Shown here: one piece after another, positions 19,726-28,448 of the stretch | Layout: each line of letters starts with the position of its first letter | How positions within the stretch are numbered: the first letter of the stretch is position 1 | NCBI GenBank assembly: GCA_002840535.1 | Contig: PHBH01000024.1 | Coordinates: forward strand, 3,261-67,260 | Length of the DNA stretch: 64,000 bases | Direction: 5' to 3' | From: Deltaproteobacteria bacterium HGW-Deltaproteobacteria-15 | GTDB lineage: Bacteria > Desulfobacterota > DSM-4660 > Desulfatiglandales > HGW-15 | Position numbers and translations under genes: made by a program | The notes under the pieces: model-generated | What the model was told of the DNA's origin: nothing | Databases searched by the model: none | What the model saw: the letters and a program-made list of their open reading frames with translations, nothing else

Positions 19726-20338
19726 TCTCCCTCCACTTCCTTTCCGTACCCGAAAGAAGGCGGTGCAGATTATCCTTATGTTTCAGGCAAATGAGACCGG
19801 CTGCAACAAGAGAGGCCGCTATCATCATCCCGGGTCTCGCGAAAACAGCAAGGAAAACCGGCAGGCTGAATGAAGCCAGGATGGAACCGAGAGAAATAAA
19901 GTCCCACAGGTAGACTGTTATGAGGAAGACACAAAGGGCAAGGATGGTCGCAGGTGGAGAGACTGCCATAAAGAAGCCGAGCGCCGTGGCGACTCCCTTT
20001 CCACCGTGAAAACCGAGAAAGGGAGTAAACTGATGTCCAAGCAGGGCGCAGAGTCCCACAAGAGAAAGTCCAAGGGGGGATTCCGGGTACATGAACCGAA
20101 ATGCCAGCGCAGGCACGAGCCCCTTGCTCAAATCGAGTATCAGGGTGAGAACGCCCCATTTCATGCCGATTTCCCTGGCCACATTGGTCGCGCCGATATT
20201 CCTGCTTCCTCTTCTGGTGATGTCTGTCTGGGCGACACGCCTGCTGATGATGCGGCCGAAGGGTATCGACCCCAGGATATAAGCGGATGCGAAGAGCGGA
20301 AGCCAGTAGTGGTTCCATGTCCATGTGTCTGCCGACAT
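19709..20338 (-). CDS. plsY: glycerol-3-phosphate acyltransferase PlsY
   Basis: Conserved PlsY N-terminus (AYILGSIPFG), GATN motif, and 5-6 TM helices. Confidence 0.85.
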   Translation of the reverse strand: MSADTWTWNHYWLPLFASAYILGSIPFGRIISRRVAQTDITRRGSRNIGATNVAREIGMKWGVLTLILDLSKGLVPALAFRFMYPESPLGLSLVGLCALLGHQFTPFLGFHGGKGVATALGFFMAVSPPATILALCVFLITVYLWDFISLGSILASFSLPVFLAVFARPGMMIAASLVAAGLICLKHKDNLHRLLSGTERKWRERKRTA

Positions 20339-20478
20339 AAACTCAAACCCCACACTTGAGACTCACGGTGGCGGAGCCTCTGTTGTCAGCCCGGTAAAAA
20401 GAGTGTAGTATACCACATTACTCAATCAGCGTAATCTGCGCAATCCAAGGTTCTGCGTTAACGGATCGGAGTGACTTC

Positions 20479-20895
20479 ATGGTTGTGATGGTCATGGACG
20501 GGCAGGGAGGCGGCATCGGCGCAGTCATCATCAAGAGTCTGCGGGAACAGCTGACTCGGGATTATGAAATCCTTGCGCTCGGTACCAATTCTTCAGCCAC
20601 CGCCAGAATGATGAAAGCAGGGGCCAATCGTGGGGCCACAGGGGAGAACGCCATTGTTCGGGCAAGCCTGTGCGCAAATATCATCGTCGGACCCCTGGCC
20701 ATAATCATGCCCAATTCCATGATGGGGGAAGTGACCACTCCGATGGCGGAGGCGGTCAGCTCCTGTGAAGCCAGGAAAATCCTGATACCCCTCTCACAGG
20801 AAAAGGTAACGCTTGCCGGTTTTACCGGAGAGCCCCTGCCTCACCTGGTAAATCACGCAGTACAACGAGTTAAGGAGTTGATAAACGATGTGTGA
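20479..20895 (+). CDS. DUF3842-like protein
   Basis: N-terminal DGQGGGIG motif as recalled for DUF3842. Alternative start at the ATG at 20488. Confidence 0.45.
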   Translation: MVVMVMDGQGGGIGAVIIKSLREQLTRDYEILALGTNSSATARMMKAGANRGATGENAIVRASLCANIIVGPLAIIMPNSMMGEVTTPMAEAVSSCEARKILIPLSQEKVTLAGFTGEPLPHLVNHAVQRVKELINDV

Positions 20896-21076
20896 AGCAG
20901 CCGCTTTTTTACTGAAGGATCAAAAAGAGGAACTCCTCCTGGAGTCCGTGGAAGTGATCGAGACAGGAGAAAACGATGTAACCCTCGTCAACATCTTCGG
21001 TGAACGGAAGGTCATCAGGGCGAAGATCAAGTCGTTCTCTCTGGTTGATCATAAAATCGTGCTTGAACCCATGTGA
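20888..21076 (+). CDS. CooT-family putative nickel-binding protein (Met-Cys N-terminus)
   Basis: 62 aa beginning with MC; hydrophobic beta pattern similar to CooT. AAGGAG SD 9 nt upstream. Overlaps the previous gene. Confidence 0.45.
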   Translation: MCEAAAFLLKDQKEELLLESVEVIETGENDVTLVNIFGERKVIRAKIKSFSLVDHKIVLEPM

Positions 21077-21129
21077 CGGACTGCCGACCGGTGAACGTCT
21101 GTTCTGAACGCAGCGGGTGGATTTCGCTT

Positions 21130-21190
21130 ATCCACACACTGGAATGATGGGATGGAATGATGGAATGATGGAATTTTGGAATAATGGGTT
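21130..21190. repeat. tandem 8-9-bp repeat (GGAATGATGG x about 5)
   Basis: tggaatgatgg-gatggaatgatgg-aatgatgg-aattttgg-aataatggg read from the sequence. Confidence 0.55.
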
Positions 21191-21576
21191 TAATGTGACG
21201 TGGAAATGCTGACCCTCTAGCCAGGTTAGAGACAATCGACTCAGCCGGAAAATATGTCCTTGGAATATTGGAACAATGGAATTGCAGGAAGATGGGTCTC
21301 AAACCGCATAAGGCACTTGCACAACATTCATCTCCCGGTTTTTGGGTGATTACTTCCCAATACTCCATCATACGAGAGGACTTTCTTCACGGCTGAGCCG
21401 ACCGTTGTCACAAATCCTTTGTAAATTCACATACATACTCCTTTTCTTCCCTGTTTTTCCCCCGTCGCCTTGATCTCTGGCCCATTGTTTAGTAGGATGC
21501 CGGCGCATTTGAAATCCAGATCTTCGTACTCTTGATCTTTCCGGATTCCTGAAACCCGTTTATGAAAGGAGCCGAA

Positions 21577-22200
21577 ATGAGTTTATTTGGCAGAATGATA
21601 ACTGTGATCTTCTTCAGCGCCGCCCTCTTTGCCGCGAGCGGCCGGCCCTGTCTTCCTCAAGAGAGTAACGTCCGCGCCAAAATCGGGATTCTCGTCAAGT
21701 CAGGTGACCAGATCGTCCGGGCCAGATCCATGGACCGCGTGAAGGCCGGAGACCTCATTCGCATTTACGTGCATCCTGAAGCCAGCTCCTATGTTTATGT
21801 GATCCACACCGACCAGAAGCGGGTCACCATGCTCAACATGGTGGAGCAGAAGATCCATAGCTCTACACTGGTGCTCCCTTCCCTGCAGGAATTCTACCAG
21901 GTGGACGGGAACAGCAAAGTGGAGAGCTTTACCGTCATCTGCAGTTCTGAAGAGGTCAAGGAGGTGTCGAGTCTCCTCACTTCCCAGATGGATCACGAGA
22001 AATGGACGTCACTCCAAAAGGATCTGGTCAAGAAGGGGGAGATCGACCTGGGGCAACAGACCGAGCGGCCTTTTGGGATTGCCGGGAACGTCCGTGGCAC
22101 TGCCGACGCCGGCGGCGATCCTTTTGTCAAAGAGCTACAGATCTTCTCCGGGAAAAAAGTTCTCGTGAAACAATATGAGTTTAGCGTTAAGAAGCAGTAA
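21577..22200 (+). CDS. secreted hypothetical protein (possibly DUF4384/FecR-like)
   Basis: Signal peptide. AAAGGAG SD upstream of the ATG at 21577. Precedes and overlaps the CHASE2 cyclase gene. Confidence 0.45.
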   Translation: MSLFGRMITVIFFSAALFAASGRPCLPQESNVRAKIGILVKSGDQIVRARSMDRVKAGDLIRIYVHPEASSYVYVIHTDQKRVTMLNMVEQKIHSSTLVLPSLQEFYQVDGNSKVESFTVICSSEEVKEVSSLLTSQMDHEKWTSLQKDLVKKGEIDLGQQTERPFGIAGNVRGTADAGGDPFVKELQIFSGKKVLVKQYEFSVKKQ

Positions 22201-24367
22201 ACTGCTGACTTTCATAGGCATCGCCGGAGCAGGGATCCTGGCCGCCGCCACTCTTCTTCTCTCTGCCCGGGGTACTGTGTGGACCCAGTACGATTACAAG
22301 GTTCTGGATCTTTACTACCGCGCTGCCGTTGCGAGCGGGCGCGGGCCCGCCCAATCGCCCCGGATCGTCATCACGACGATCACCGATAAGACCTATGACT
22401 ACTTTCAAAAGAACACCCTCGATCGCAGCGATCTTGCAGAGGTCAATGACGCTCTCGCTCGCCTGGGCGCGGAGGCGCTTGGCTATGATGTGATCTTTGC
22501 CCGTGCAAGCAACGAGCAGTCCGACACAAGATTCGCAGAATCCATACGAAAACATGGGGCCGTCTATCTTCCCATAGGACTTGCGTTCTCCGACCAGCCC
22601 AGGTCTTTTCGATGGGAGGAAGGCAGGGCATACGAGAGATTCCGTTCAGATTTTCTGCGAAGACCGGTCGAGCGGGGGGAAGCCAATCCCTACCATGCCA
22701 CGCGAGCACTCATGCAGTACGACCTCTTCTCCGAAGAGGCTTTCAACTCGGGGCATATCAGCGCCTACAGCGACCCCGATGGGGTGTACCGGCACCTTCT
22801 CATGCTTCTCAAGGTGGATGAGGAATACTTTCCCACCATAACCCTTTCCATATTTCTGGATCATGTTGGGATACCCTTTGAAAAGGTGCTGGTGGAATGG
22901 GGGAAGAGGATCGTCATTCCTGCGTCCAAAGAAGGCTTCCTGGAAAAGGACCTGATCATTCCCATCGACGAAAGAGGCCGCGCCGTCATCCCCTATCCCG
23001 CCGCGTGGGATCGCGCGTTCAAGAAGATGGAGGCCAATGCCCTCCTGAACTATCTGAAGGACGAGAACCTGCAAGGAAACCTCGCAGATTTCTTTGAGGG
23101 GAAGTTTGTTCTGATCGGAGATATCTCCATAGGAACAGCGGACCTCGGACATACGCCCCTTGAAGGTGATGCCCCTCTGGTTCTCCTCCATGCAGCCATG
23201 CTGAACGGCATGCTCACAAATACCTTTTTCTCAAAGTGGTCGCTTATGGAAGCGATAGTGGTCCTCTGGGGGATGTCCATTCTTCTCGGCCTTTCCGCAG
23301 CCATAAGGTCTTCATGGACCCTCTACGCAACAGGCGGTGCAGTGGCAGTTTTCCTCGCAGGGTTCACGTGGACGGAATTCATCGGGTTTCAGCTTTTCCC
23401 TGTTGCCACGGTCGGCGGAAGCGTGCTCCTCGTTTTTCTGGGTCTCCTGGCCACGCTCGAATTGGCAGTGGGGAAGGAGCGATCCTTCATCAAAAAAGCG
23501 TTTTCGAGATATTTGCCTGGAAAGGTCGTCGACACGCTCCTCTCCAACCCGGAATTGCTGAAGCTTGGCGGCGAAGAAAGAGTGATGTCCGTGCTTTTCT
23601 CAGACCTGGCAGGCTTCACATCAATCTCGGAACGCATGGCGCCCTCTCAGCTGGTCCGCCTCTTGAATGAGTATCTGACGAATATGACGGATATCGTGCT
23701 TGCGGAAGGAGGAATCATCGACAAGTTCGAAGGGGATGCCATCATGGCGGAATTCGGCGCACCTCTGCCCATGGACGATCATGCGGACAGGGCTGTGAGG
23801 GCCGGCCTCCTGATGCAGAACCGCCTCAGAGAGCTTCGAAGTGTCTGGGCGGCCCGGGGGCTTCCGGAGTTGAAGTGCCGCGTGGGCATCAATACGGGAA
23901 CCATGATCGTCGGGAACATGGGCTCCGACCAGGTCTTTGATTACACGGTGATCGGGGATTCGGTGAACCTCGCCTCCAGGCTGGAAGGGGCGAACAAAAG
24001 ATATGACACCGCGCTGATGATCTCCGAAGCCACGTTTACCAGCCTTACGCCCGGCCTTTTCAGGACGAGGGTTCTGGATCTGATCAAGGTCAAAGGAAAA
24101 TCCAGGGCCGTGAAAGTTTTCGAGGTTCTGGGCGAAAACAGTCTCGCTTTGAAACCGAATGAGGAGCTCTATTACCAGGCGTATGAGGAGGCATTCGCAG
24201 CATACCTGTCCCGGGATTTTCATCCTGCACGTGCCAAGTTCCAGAAGGCGCTCTCCTTGAGACCGAATGACCCTGCTGCAAAGGACATGCTTGAGCGTAT
24301 CGAAAACCTCGACCCCGACACCCTCCCCCCCGACTGGGATGGATCCATCTCTCTTACCAGTAAATAG
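22175..24367 (+). CDS. CHASE2 sensor domain + class III adenylate/guanylate cyclase
   Basis: N-terminal TM, periplasmic CHASE2-like region, 3 TM helices, then cyclase motifs (LFSDLAGFT, FEGDAIMAEFGAP). Confidence 0.8.
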   Translation: MSLALRSSKLLTFIGIAGAGILAAATLLLSARGTVWTQYDYKVLDLYYRAAVASGRGPAQSPRIVITTITDKTYDYFQKNTLDRSDLAEVNDALARLGAEALGYDVIFARASNEQSDTRFAESIRKHGAVYLPIGLAFSDQPRSFRWEEGRAYERFRSDFLRRPVERGEANPYHATRALMQYDLFSEEAFNSGHISAYSDPDGVYRHLLMLLKVDEEYFPTITLSIFLDHVGIPFEKVLVEWGKRIVIPASKEGFLEKDLIIPIDERGRAVIPYPAAWDRAFKKMEANALLNYLKDENLQGNLADFFEGKFVLIGDISIGTADLGHTPLEGDAPLVLLHAAMLNGMLTNTFFSKWSLMEAIVVLWGMSILLGLSAAIRSSWTLYATGGAVAVFLAGFTWTEFIGFQLFPVATVGGSVLLVFLGLLATLELAVGKERSFIKKAFSRYLPGKVVDTLLSNPELLKLGGEERVMSVLFSDLAGFTSISERMAPSQLVRLLNEYLTNMTDIVLAEGGIIDKFEGDAIMAEFGAPLPMDDHADRAVRAGLLMQNRLRELRSVWAARGLPELKCRVGINTGTMIVGNMGSDQVFDYTVIGDSVNLASRLEGANKRYDTALMISEATFTSLTPGLFRTRVLDLIKVKGKSRAVKVFEVLGENSLALKPNEELYYQAYEEAFAAYLSRDFHPARAKFQKALSLRPNDPAAKDMLERIENLDPDTLPPDWDGSISLTSK

Positions 24368-24523
24368 CTGAAGGCCCCCGCCTCAACAAGTCGGCATGTC
24401 AAAAGTTCATTAACGAGCCTTCTCCATTCAGAGTTCATTGATGGCTTCGTAAAAAGTCTCTCTTCTTGTCGCACACTTTTTGAGCATTACGCCCGAAATG
24501 ACAGGTACGCTCAACTGACTTTT

Positions 24524-24681
24524 TACGAGAGTGTCAATGTGGACAAACTCGTTAAAAGTCGTCATTCCGGCGAAGGCCGGAATCCAGATATCTGCAAGGG
24601 CCCGAAAATACTGGATCCCGGCCTTCGCCGGGATGACGAAAAAGGGTATTTTCGACTTCTTACGAGACCGGCAATGTTGGA
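24524..24681. repeat. twin GC-hairpin element: hairpin 1 (24563-24585) and hairpin 2 (24614-24639) are reverse complements of each other with one compensatory base-pair change. Flanked by 22-bp imperfect direct repeats (ttacgagaNNNNcaatgt.ggac).
   Basis: tcattccggcgaaggccggaatcc versus gatcccggccttcgccgggatgac. Direct repeats at 24524-24545 and 24659-24681. Confidence 0.6.
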
Positions 24682-24709
24682 CGTTCGACGTTCACCCTGT
24701 CTTGATTCT

Positions 24710-25129
24710 CTATTTCTTCGGCCCTTCCTCCGCTTCCTCGTAGACATTGCAGATGCAGCACAGGAACTGGCCCGGTTCATTGCCCATGTTTCTCATTCCA
24801 TGCGGTTCCATGCTTGGGATAAAGACCGATGTGCCCGGGCCGCAGACTCTCTTTTCTTTAGGTTCATCTGTATGCGGGTCGAAAGACCGGCACTCAAATT
24901 GCCCTGACAGTATGTACATGGTCTGGTGATAGAAGTGATTGTGTATAGGGATTTGTCCGTCGGGCTGAATCGTGAAAAGACGCAAACCATATTCAGGATA
25001 GCCATTTCCGTCGTCGCCATACTTCGAAAGCCACCTTACGCTGGTCCCTTTCACCTCCAGCATTTGACCCTTGTAGGGAAACTTGTCGATCTTCTTGTCC
25101 TCGCATTCTTTCCAGTTCAACACTTCCAT
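24710..25129 (-). CDS. cupin domain protein
   Basis: Cupin motifs with His-rich metal-site-like residues (HNHFYHQ..., PHGMRN). Confidence 0.6.
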   Translation of the reverse strand: MEVLNWKECEDKKIDKFPYKGQMLEVKGTSVRWLSKYGDDGNGYPEYGLRLFTIQPDGQIPIHNHFYHQTMYILSGQFECRSFDPHTDEPKEKRVCGPGTSVFIPSMEPHGMRNMGNEPGQFLCCICNVYEEAEEGPKK

Positions 25130-25155
25130 TCTGTCCTCCGGGTGTATTTTGTGAA

Positions 25156-26652
25156 TTATCTTTTTCCGATAAAGAACAGGAACTCGCCTTCCCCTTCCAG
25201 TCTGCCGTAGAGGGGGGTTTGGGCCTGGTTGGAGGCTTCCGAGACTACCGGTCTGATGTAGGCGCCAAGCTCCGTTCCGGTAACCACACCGTCCTTGTCA
25301 ATGTCCGCCTCACCGTCCAGGGCCTTGAGCAGAAATCCCGTGAAGAGACCCTGTCCCCCCTTCTCCTGGGCCTGCTCCCCGCTGCCTCCTGCAGTGACGA
25401 TCTGAACGGCCCTCATAGATGCCACCTTCCGAAGGAATCCTGAAACAGCCTGCGAGGTCCCGATGGATCTGGAAAGCCCGAGTCCCGAATAGCAGGAATC
25501 CATCACAAAGAGGATATGCTTTGCCCGGATTCTGCTCGACAGGCTTCGCACCTGTTCCATCGAAATGGAGGTGCTTGCATACGCAGCCGTATCCCCGTCA
25601 ACCGGGATGATGTACCCCTTCTTCGCCCCTCCCTCGACATCCTCGGTCTGGCCATGGCCTGCAAAGTAAAAAAGGACCCGATCATTGGGACCGACTTTTC
25701 CGGGAAGGGTGTGGAAAAGCTCGGTGAGGATTCTCCCCTGCGTCGCCTGCTTGTCCAGGACCAGAGTGATCTCCTGGAAGCCGGTTTCCCTGAGCCTTTT
25801 CTCCACGTCTTTCGCGTCCTTAACGGCGAACTCCAGGGGCGGCCATTTCTCATATTGGTCAATCCCGATGATCACTGCAAACGACTTCCCATAGAAATCG
25901 GCAGGACCCGTTCCCGTTAGAGGAAGCTGGGTTCCCGCCCTTTCGAAGGTGATCGATTGAGTGGATCGGTTTCCAAGCCGGTCGGATGCCTCCACCACAA
26001 TAGTGTTGGTTCCGGCCTGGACGGAAATGTCCCTGATAAAATGGCCGGAGTCCTCCAGCGAAGCTTCCTGCTGGTTGACCCTGACCCAAGCAACACCGCT
26101 CTTGTCGGTCGCAATGCCGCGAACACTCAGGTTTTCATGCGTCAGCACCATGCTCAGGCCCCGGGTTCCTGCAGGTTCGAGCATGATGAGCCTGGGTCCG
26201 TCCCGATCCATAACCGCTTCGATCTTCCCCTTGAGCTCCAGTGCCTCTTTGTAATCCTTCTGTATGGACAAGGACTTCATCACATGCCTGTGCGCCTCAT
26301 CATGCTCGTTCCTTTCAAAGAGAAGTGACGCAAGGAGATGGTAGAGTTTGTAATTGTTGCTTCCGAGCTCTGCCGCCTTGGTGAAGGCGGCAATGGCCGT
26401 ATCTTTCTTGCCCTCATTACGATAGAGGTTGCCAAGGATCTCATAGCTTCGAATGTAGCCGGGACAGCTCTCGATGGCATCGAGGCAGAGCTGGACAGCT
26501 TTTGTTTTGTCTTTTGCAAAACGGGCCTTTGCCGTGAGATGCGGCGCCCGCTCGCAACCTTCTTCAGCCTGAAGGGCGGGGTTTCCCAGAAAAAGCGCCG
26601 GCAGAAAAATTGAAAGGAATGCACATGCACGAGCGTTCTTTGATTGTCCCAT
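25156..26652 (-). CDS. secreted TPR + caspase-family (peptidase C14, orthocaspase) protein
   Basis: Signal peptide, N-terminal TPRs, and a caspase His/Cys dyad context (YFAGHGQ ... FVMDSCYSG). Confidence 0.75.
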   Translation of the reverse strand: MGQSKNARACAFLSIFLPALFLGNPALQAEEGCERAPHLTAKARFAKDKTKAVQLCLDAIESCPGYIRSYEILGNLYRNEGKKDTAIAAFTKAAELGSNNYKLYHLLASLLFERNEHDEAHRHVMKSLSIQKDYKEALELKGKIEAVMDRDGPRLIMLEPAGTRGLSMVLTHENLSVRGIATDKSGVAWVRVNQQEASLEDSGHFIRDISVQAGTNTIVVEASDRLGNRSTQSITFERAGTQLPLTGTGPADFYGKSFAVIIGIDQYEKWPPLEFAVKDAKDVEKRLRETGFQEITLVLDKQATQGRILTELFHTLPGKVGPNDRVLFYFAGHGQTEDVEGGAKKGYIIPVDGDTAAYASTSISMEQVRSLSSRIRAKHILFVMDSCYSGLGLSRSIGTSQAVSGFLRKVASMRAVQIVTAGGSGEQAQEKGGQGLFTGFLLKALDGEADIDKDGVVTGTELGAYIRPVVSEASNQAQTPLYGRLEGEGEFLFFIGKR

Positions 26653-26667
26653 TCATTGACCTCGAGC

Positions 26668-27456
26668 TCAGATTTCTTGTTCGATAATCGCGTCCGCCGA
26701 ATTGATGATGAAATTATCGAATACCACAATAAATGGAGAACCTGCTCCAATCTCCTTCCGTCTTGGAGCGAAATTCTGCGCCCTGAGCGTGACAAGGACT
26801 TCATTCGCCTGTTGAACGAATCGGCCCAACTCTTTCCATTCGCTCTCCCCCTTTTTCCTGAACATGGTCGTCGCCCTGATTCCTTTTCTGGAGATCCTGA
26901 GACTCCCATCGAAATCGTCGACTTCCCGTCTAACAGGCCGGTGGATCCGGCCTTTCTGGCGATAAAAGGCAACTAATTGGGGATTTGCCTGGCCCAGTTT
27001 GAAAATATTGATGTTGATGCTCTCAATCTCAGTATCGCTCAGCTCCTTGCTCATGTCCCGGAGATTGAAGGACAGGAGCTGATCCATATCCCGGGCGCTC
27101 TTTACAAACTCCACCTTGCAGTCCACCTGGATGTCGAAGTCGCCCTTTAGCGCGAAATTCGACCCAACCCCGCCAGCGCTGTAGCAACCGGTTCTTGTTT
27201 CGATCCTCAGCTGTCCATCCTTCACCCTCATGTCGGCCAATTTGAAGTTCTCCCCTATAATCTCCTCCTGCGGTATGTATCCGGCAACATTCCAGAGATC
27301 TTCCCTGAATTTGTCGAAGGTATCGCTGTAGCGGGAGAGTTCACTGGGGCTCAACCCTTTTTCGACTTTAGGGGCAGGGCTGCCCGTGACGCATGAGGAA
27401 AAGATGAAGAGACCGCCAATGAATCCAAGGAGTAAGCAGCACGATCGAGTCTTCAT
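26668..27456 (-). CDS. hypothetical lipoprotein
   Basis: Lipobox LFIFSSC after the start at 27456, which has an AAAGGAG SD. Immediately upstream of the caspase gene. Confidence 0.5.
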   Translation of the reverse strand: MKTRSCCLLLGFIGGLFIFSSCVTGSPAPKVEKGLSPSELSRYSDTFDKFREDLWNVAGYIPQEEIIGENFKLADMRVKDGQLRIETRTGCYSAGGVGSNFALKGDFDIQVDCKVEFVKSARDMDQLLSFNLRDMSKELSDTEIESININIFKLGQANPQLVAFYRQKGRIHRPVRREVDDFDGSLRISRKGIRATTMFRKKGESEWKELGRFVQQANEVLVTLRAQNFAPRRKEIGAGSPFIVVFDNFIINSADAIIEQEI

Positions 27457-27602
27457 TCCGTCTGCTCCTTTCAAAAGAAGTCTGGGAAAGACGAGCACAC
27501 CCAATACCATTTCCGGGAATTTTGCTCAAGAGACTTGCAGGAGAGAGCAACCACGATCCAGGATGCAATGCGGGTGCTAAAGAGAGGAGCCATGCACGCG
27601 CT

Positions 27603-28448
27603 CTAACGCCTGTGCGCTTGCTCTCCTTTGATCAGATCCGGGATCCGGAGGTACTCGTCCCCCTCCTCGACCCTGCCCCTTTTGATACAGCCCCTTCCGT
27701 AGATGCCGCACTTGAGAGCCAGTTCCTCGAACACGGCATTAAGCTGGTGATCTTTTAGCGTGCCGCTCCGGATCAGCTTCACCATCGCTCTGATCCTGTA
27801 CTGATCGAGTCCCTCTACGGTCGCGGAGAGCTGGTCCGAAGAACCGCCTTCCTTGATAAGCAGCGCCGAGCTGATGAGGTGAATCGGATAACGGCAGGAG
27901 ATCCTGAGCCAGAGATCATAGTCCTCGCAGGCTGGAAGGGATTCGTCAAACATCCCCACCTCCTCCAGGACCTGCCGCCTGAGCATCACGGCCGACGGGC
28001 TCACAAGGCAGAGTTTCAAAGAAGGTTCAAAGATTATCCCCGAGGGCTTCGCGTGTTTTCTCATGGGATTCACGCGTCTTCCCCTGCGCAACCAGATCTC
28101 CTCGGTCTGGCAGGCAACCGCATCGGGATGCAATCGAAAGAAGTCGACCTGCGTTGTCAATTTATCGGGCAGCCAATGGTCGTCGGAATCAAGAAATGCA
28201 ATGAGGGAAGAGTGCGAGGCCAGGATCCCGGTGTTCCTCGCAGCGGAAACGCCCCTGTTTTCCCCATGAAAAAGGACCTGTATGCGCGGGCCGAAGTGTT
28301 GGAGGACCTCTCGCGTCCGGTCTCTTGAGCCGTCGTCCACCACGATGATTTCATAATCCCGGAAGCTCTGGTCAAGCACCGAGCCGACAGCCCTGGCGAC
28401 CTTGGCGGCTCGGTTATAAGTTGGGATGATGACGCTGACCGCTGTCAT
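27603..28448 (-). CDS. family 2 glycosyltransferase
   Basis: GT2 motifs (VSVIIPTYN, DDGSRD, DSDD). The start ATG overlaps the stop of the upstream IspH-fusion gene (ATGA). Confidence 0.75.
   Translation of the reverse strand: MTAVSVIIPTYNRAAKVARAVGSVLDQSFRDYEIIVVDDGSRDRTREVLQHFGPRIQVLFHGENRGVSAARNTGILASHSSLIAFLDSDDHWLPDKLTTQVDFFRLHPDAVACQTEEIWLRRGRRVNPMRKHAKPSGIIFEPSLKLCLVSPSAVMLRRQVLEEVGMFDESLPACEDYDLWLRISCRYPIHLISSALLIKEGGSSDQLSATVEGLDQYRIRAMVKLIRSGTLKDHQLNAVFEELALKCGIYGRGCIKRGRVEEGDEYLRIPDLIKGEQAHRR

Noticed and set aside
24531-24907. Two overlapping small plus-strand ORFs over the twin-hairpin element and the 3' end of the cupin gene
   Set aside because: They read through the palindromic repeats and the antisense of a supported cupin gene; most likely non-coding.
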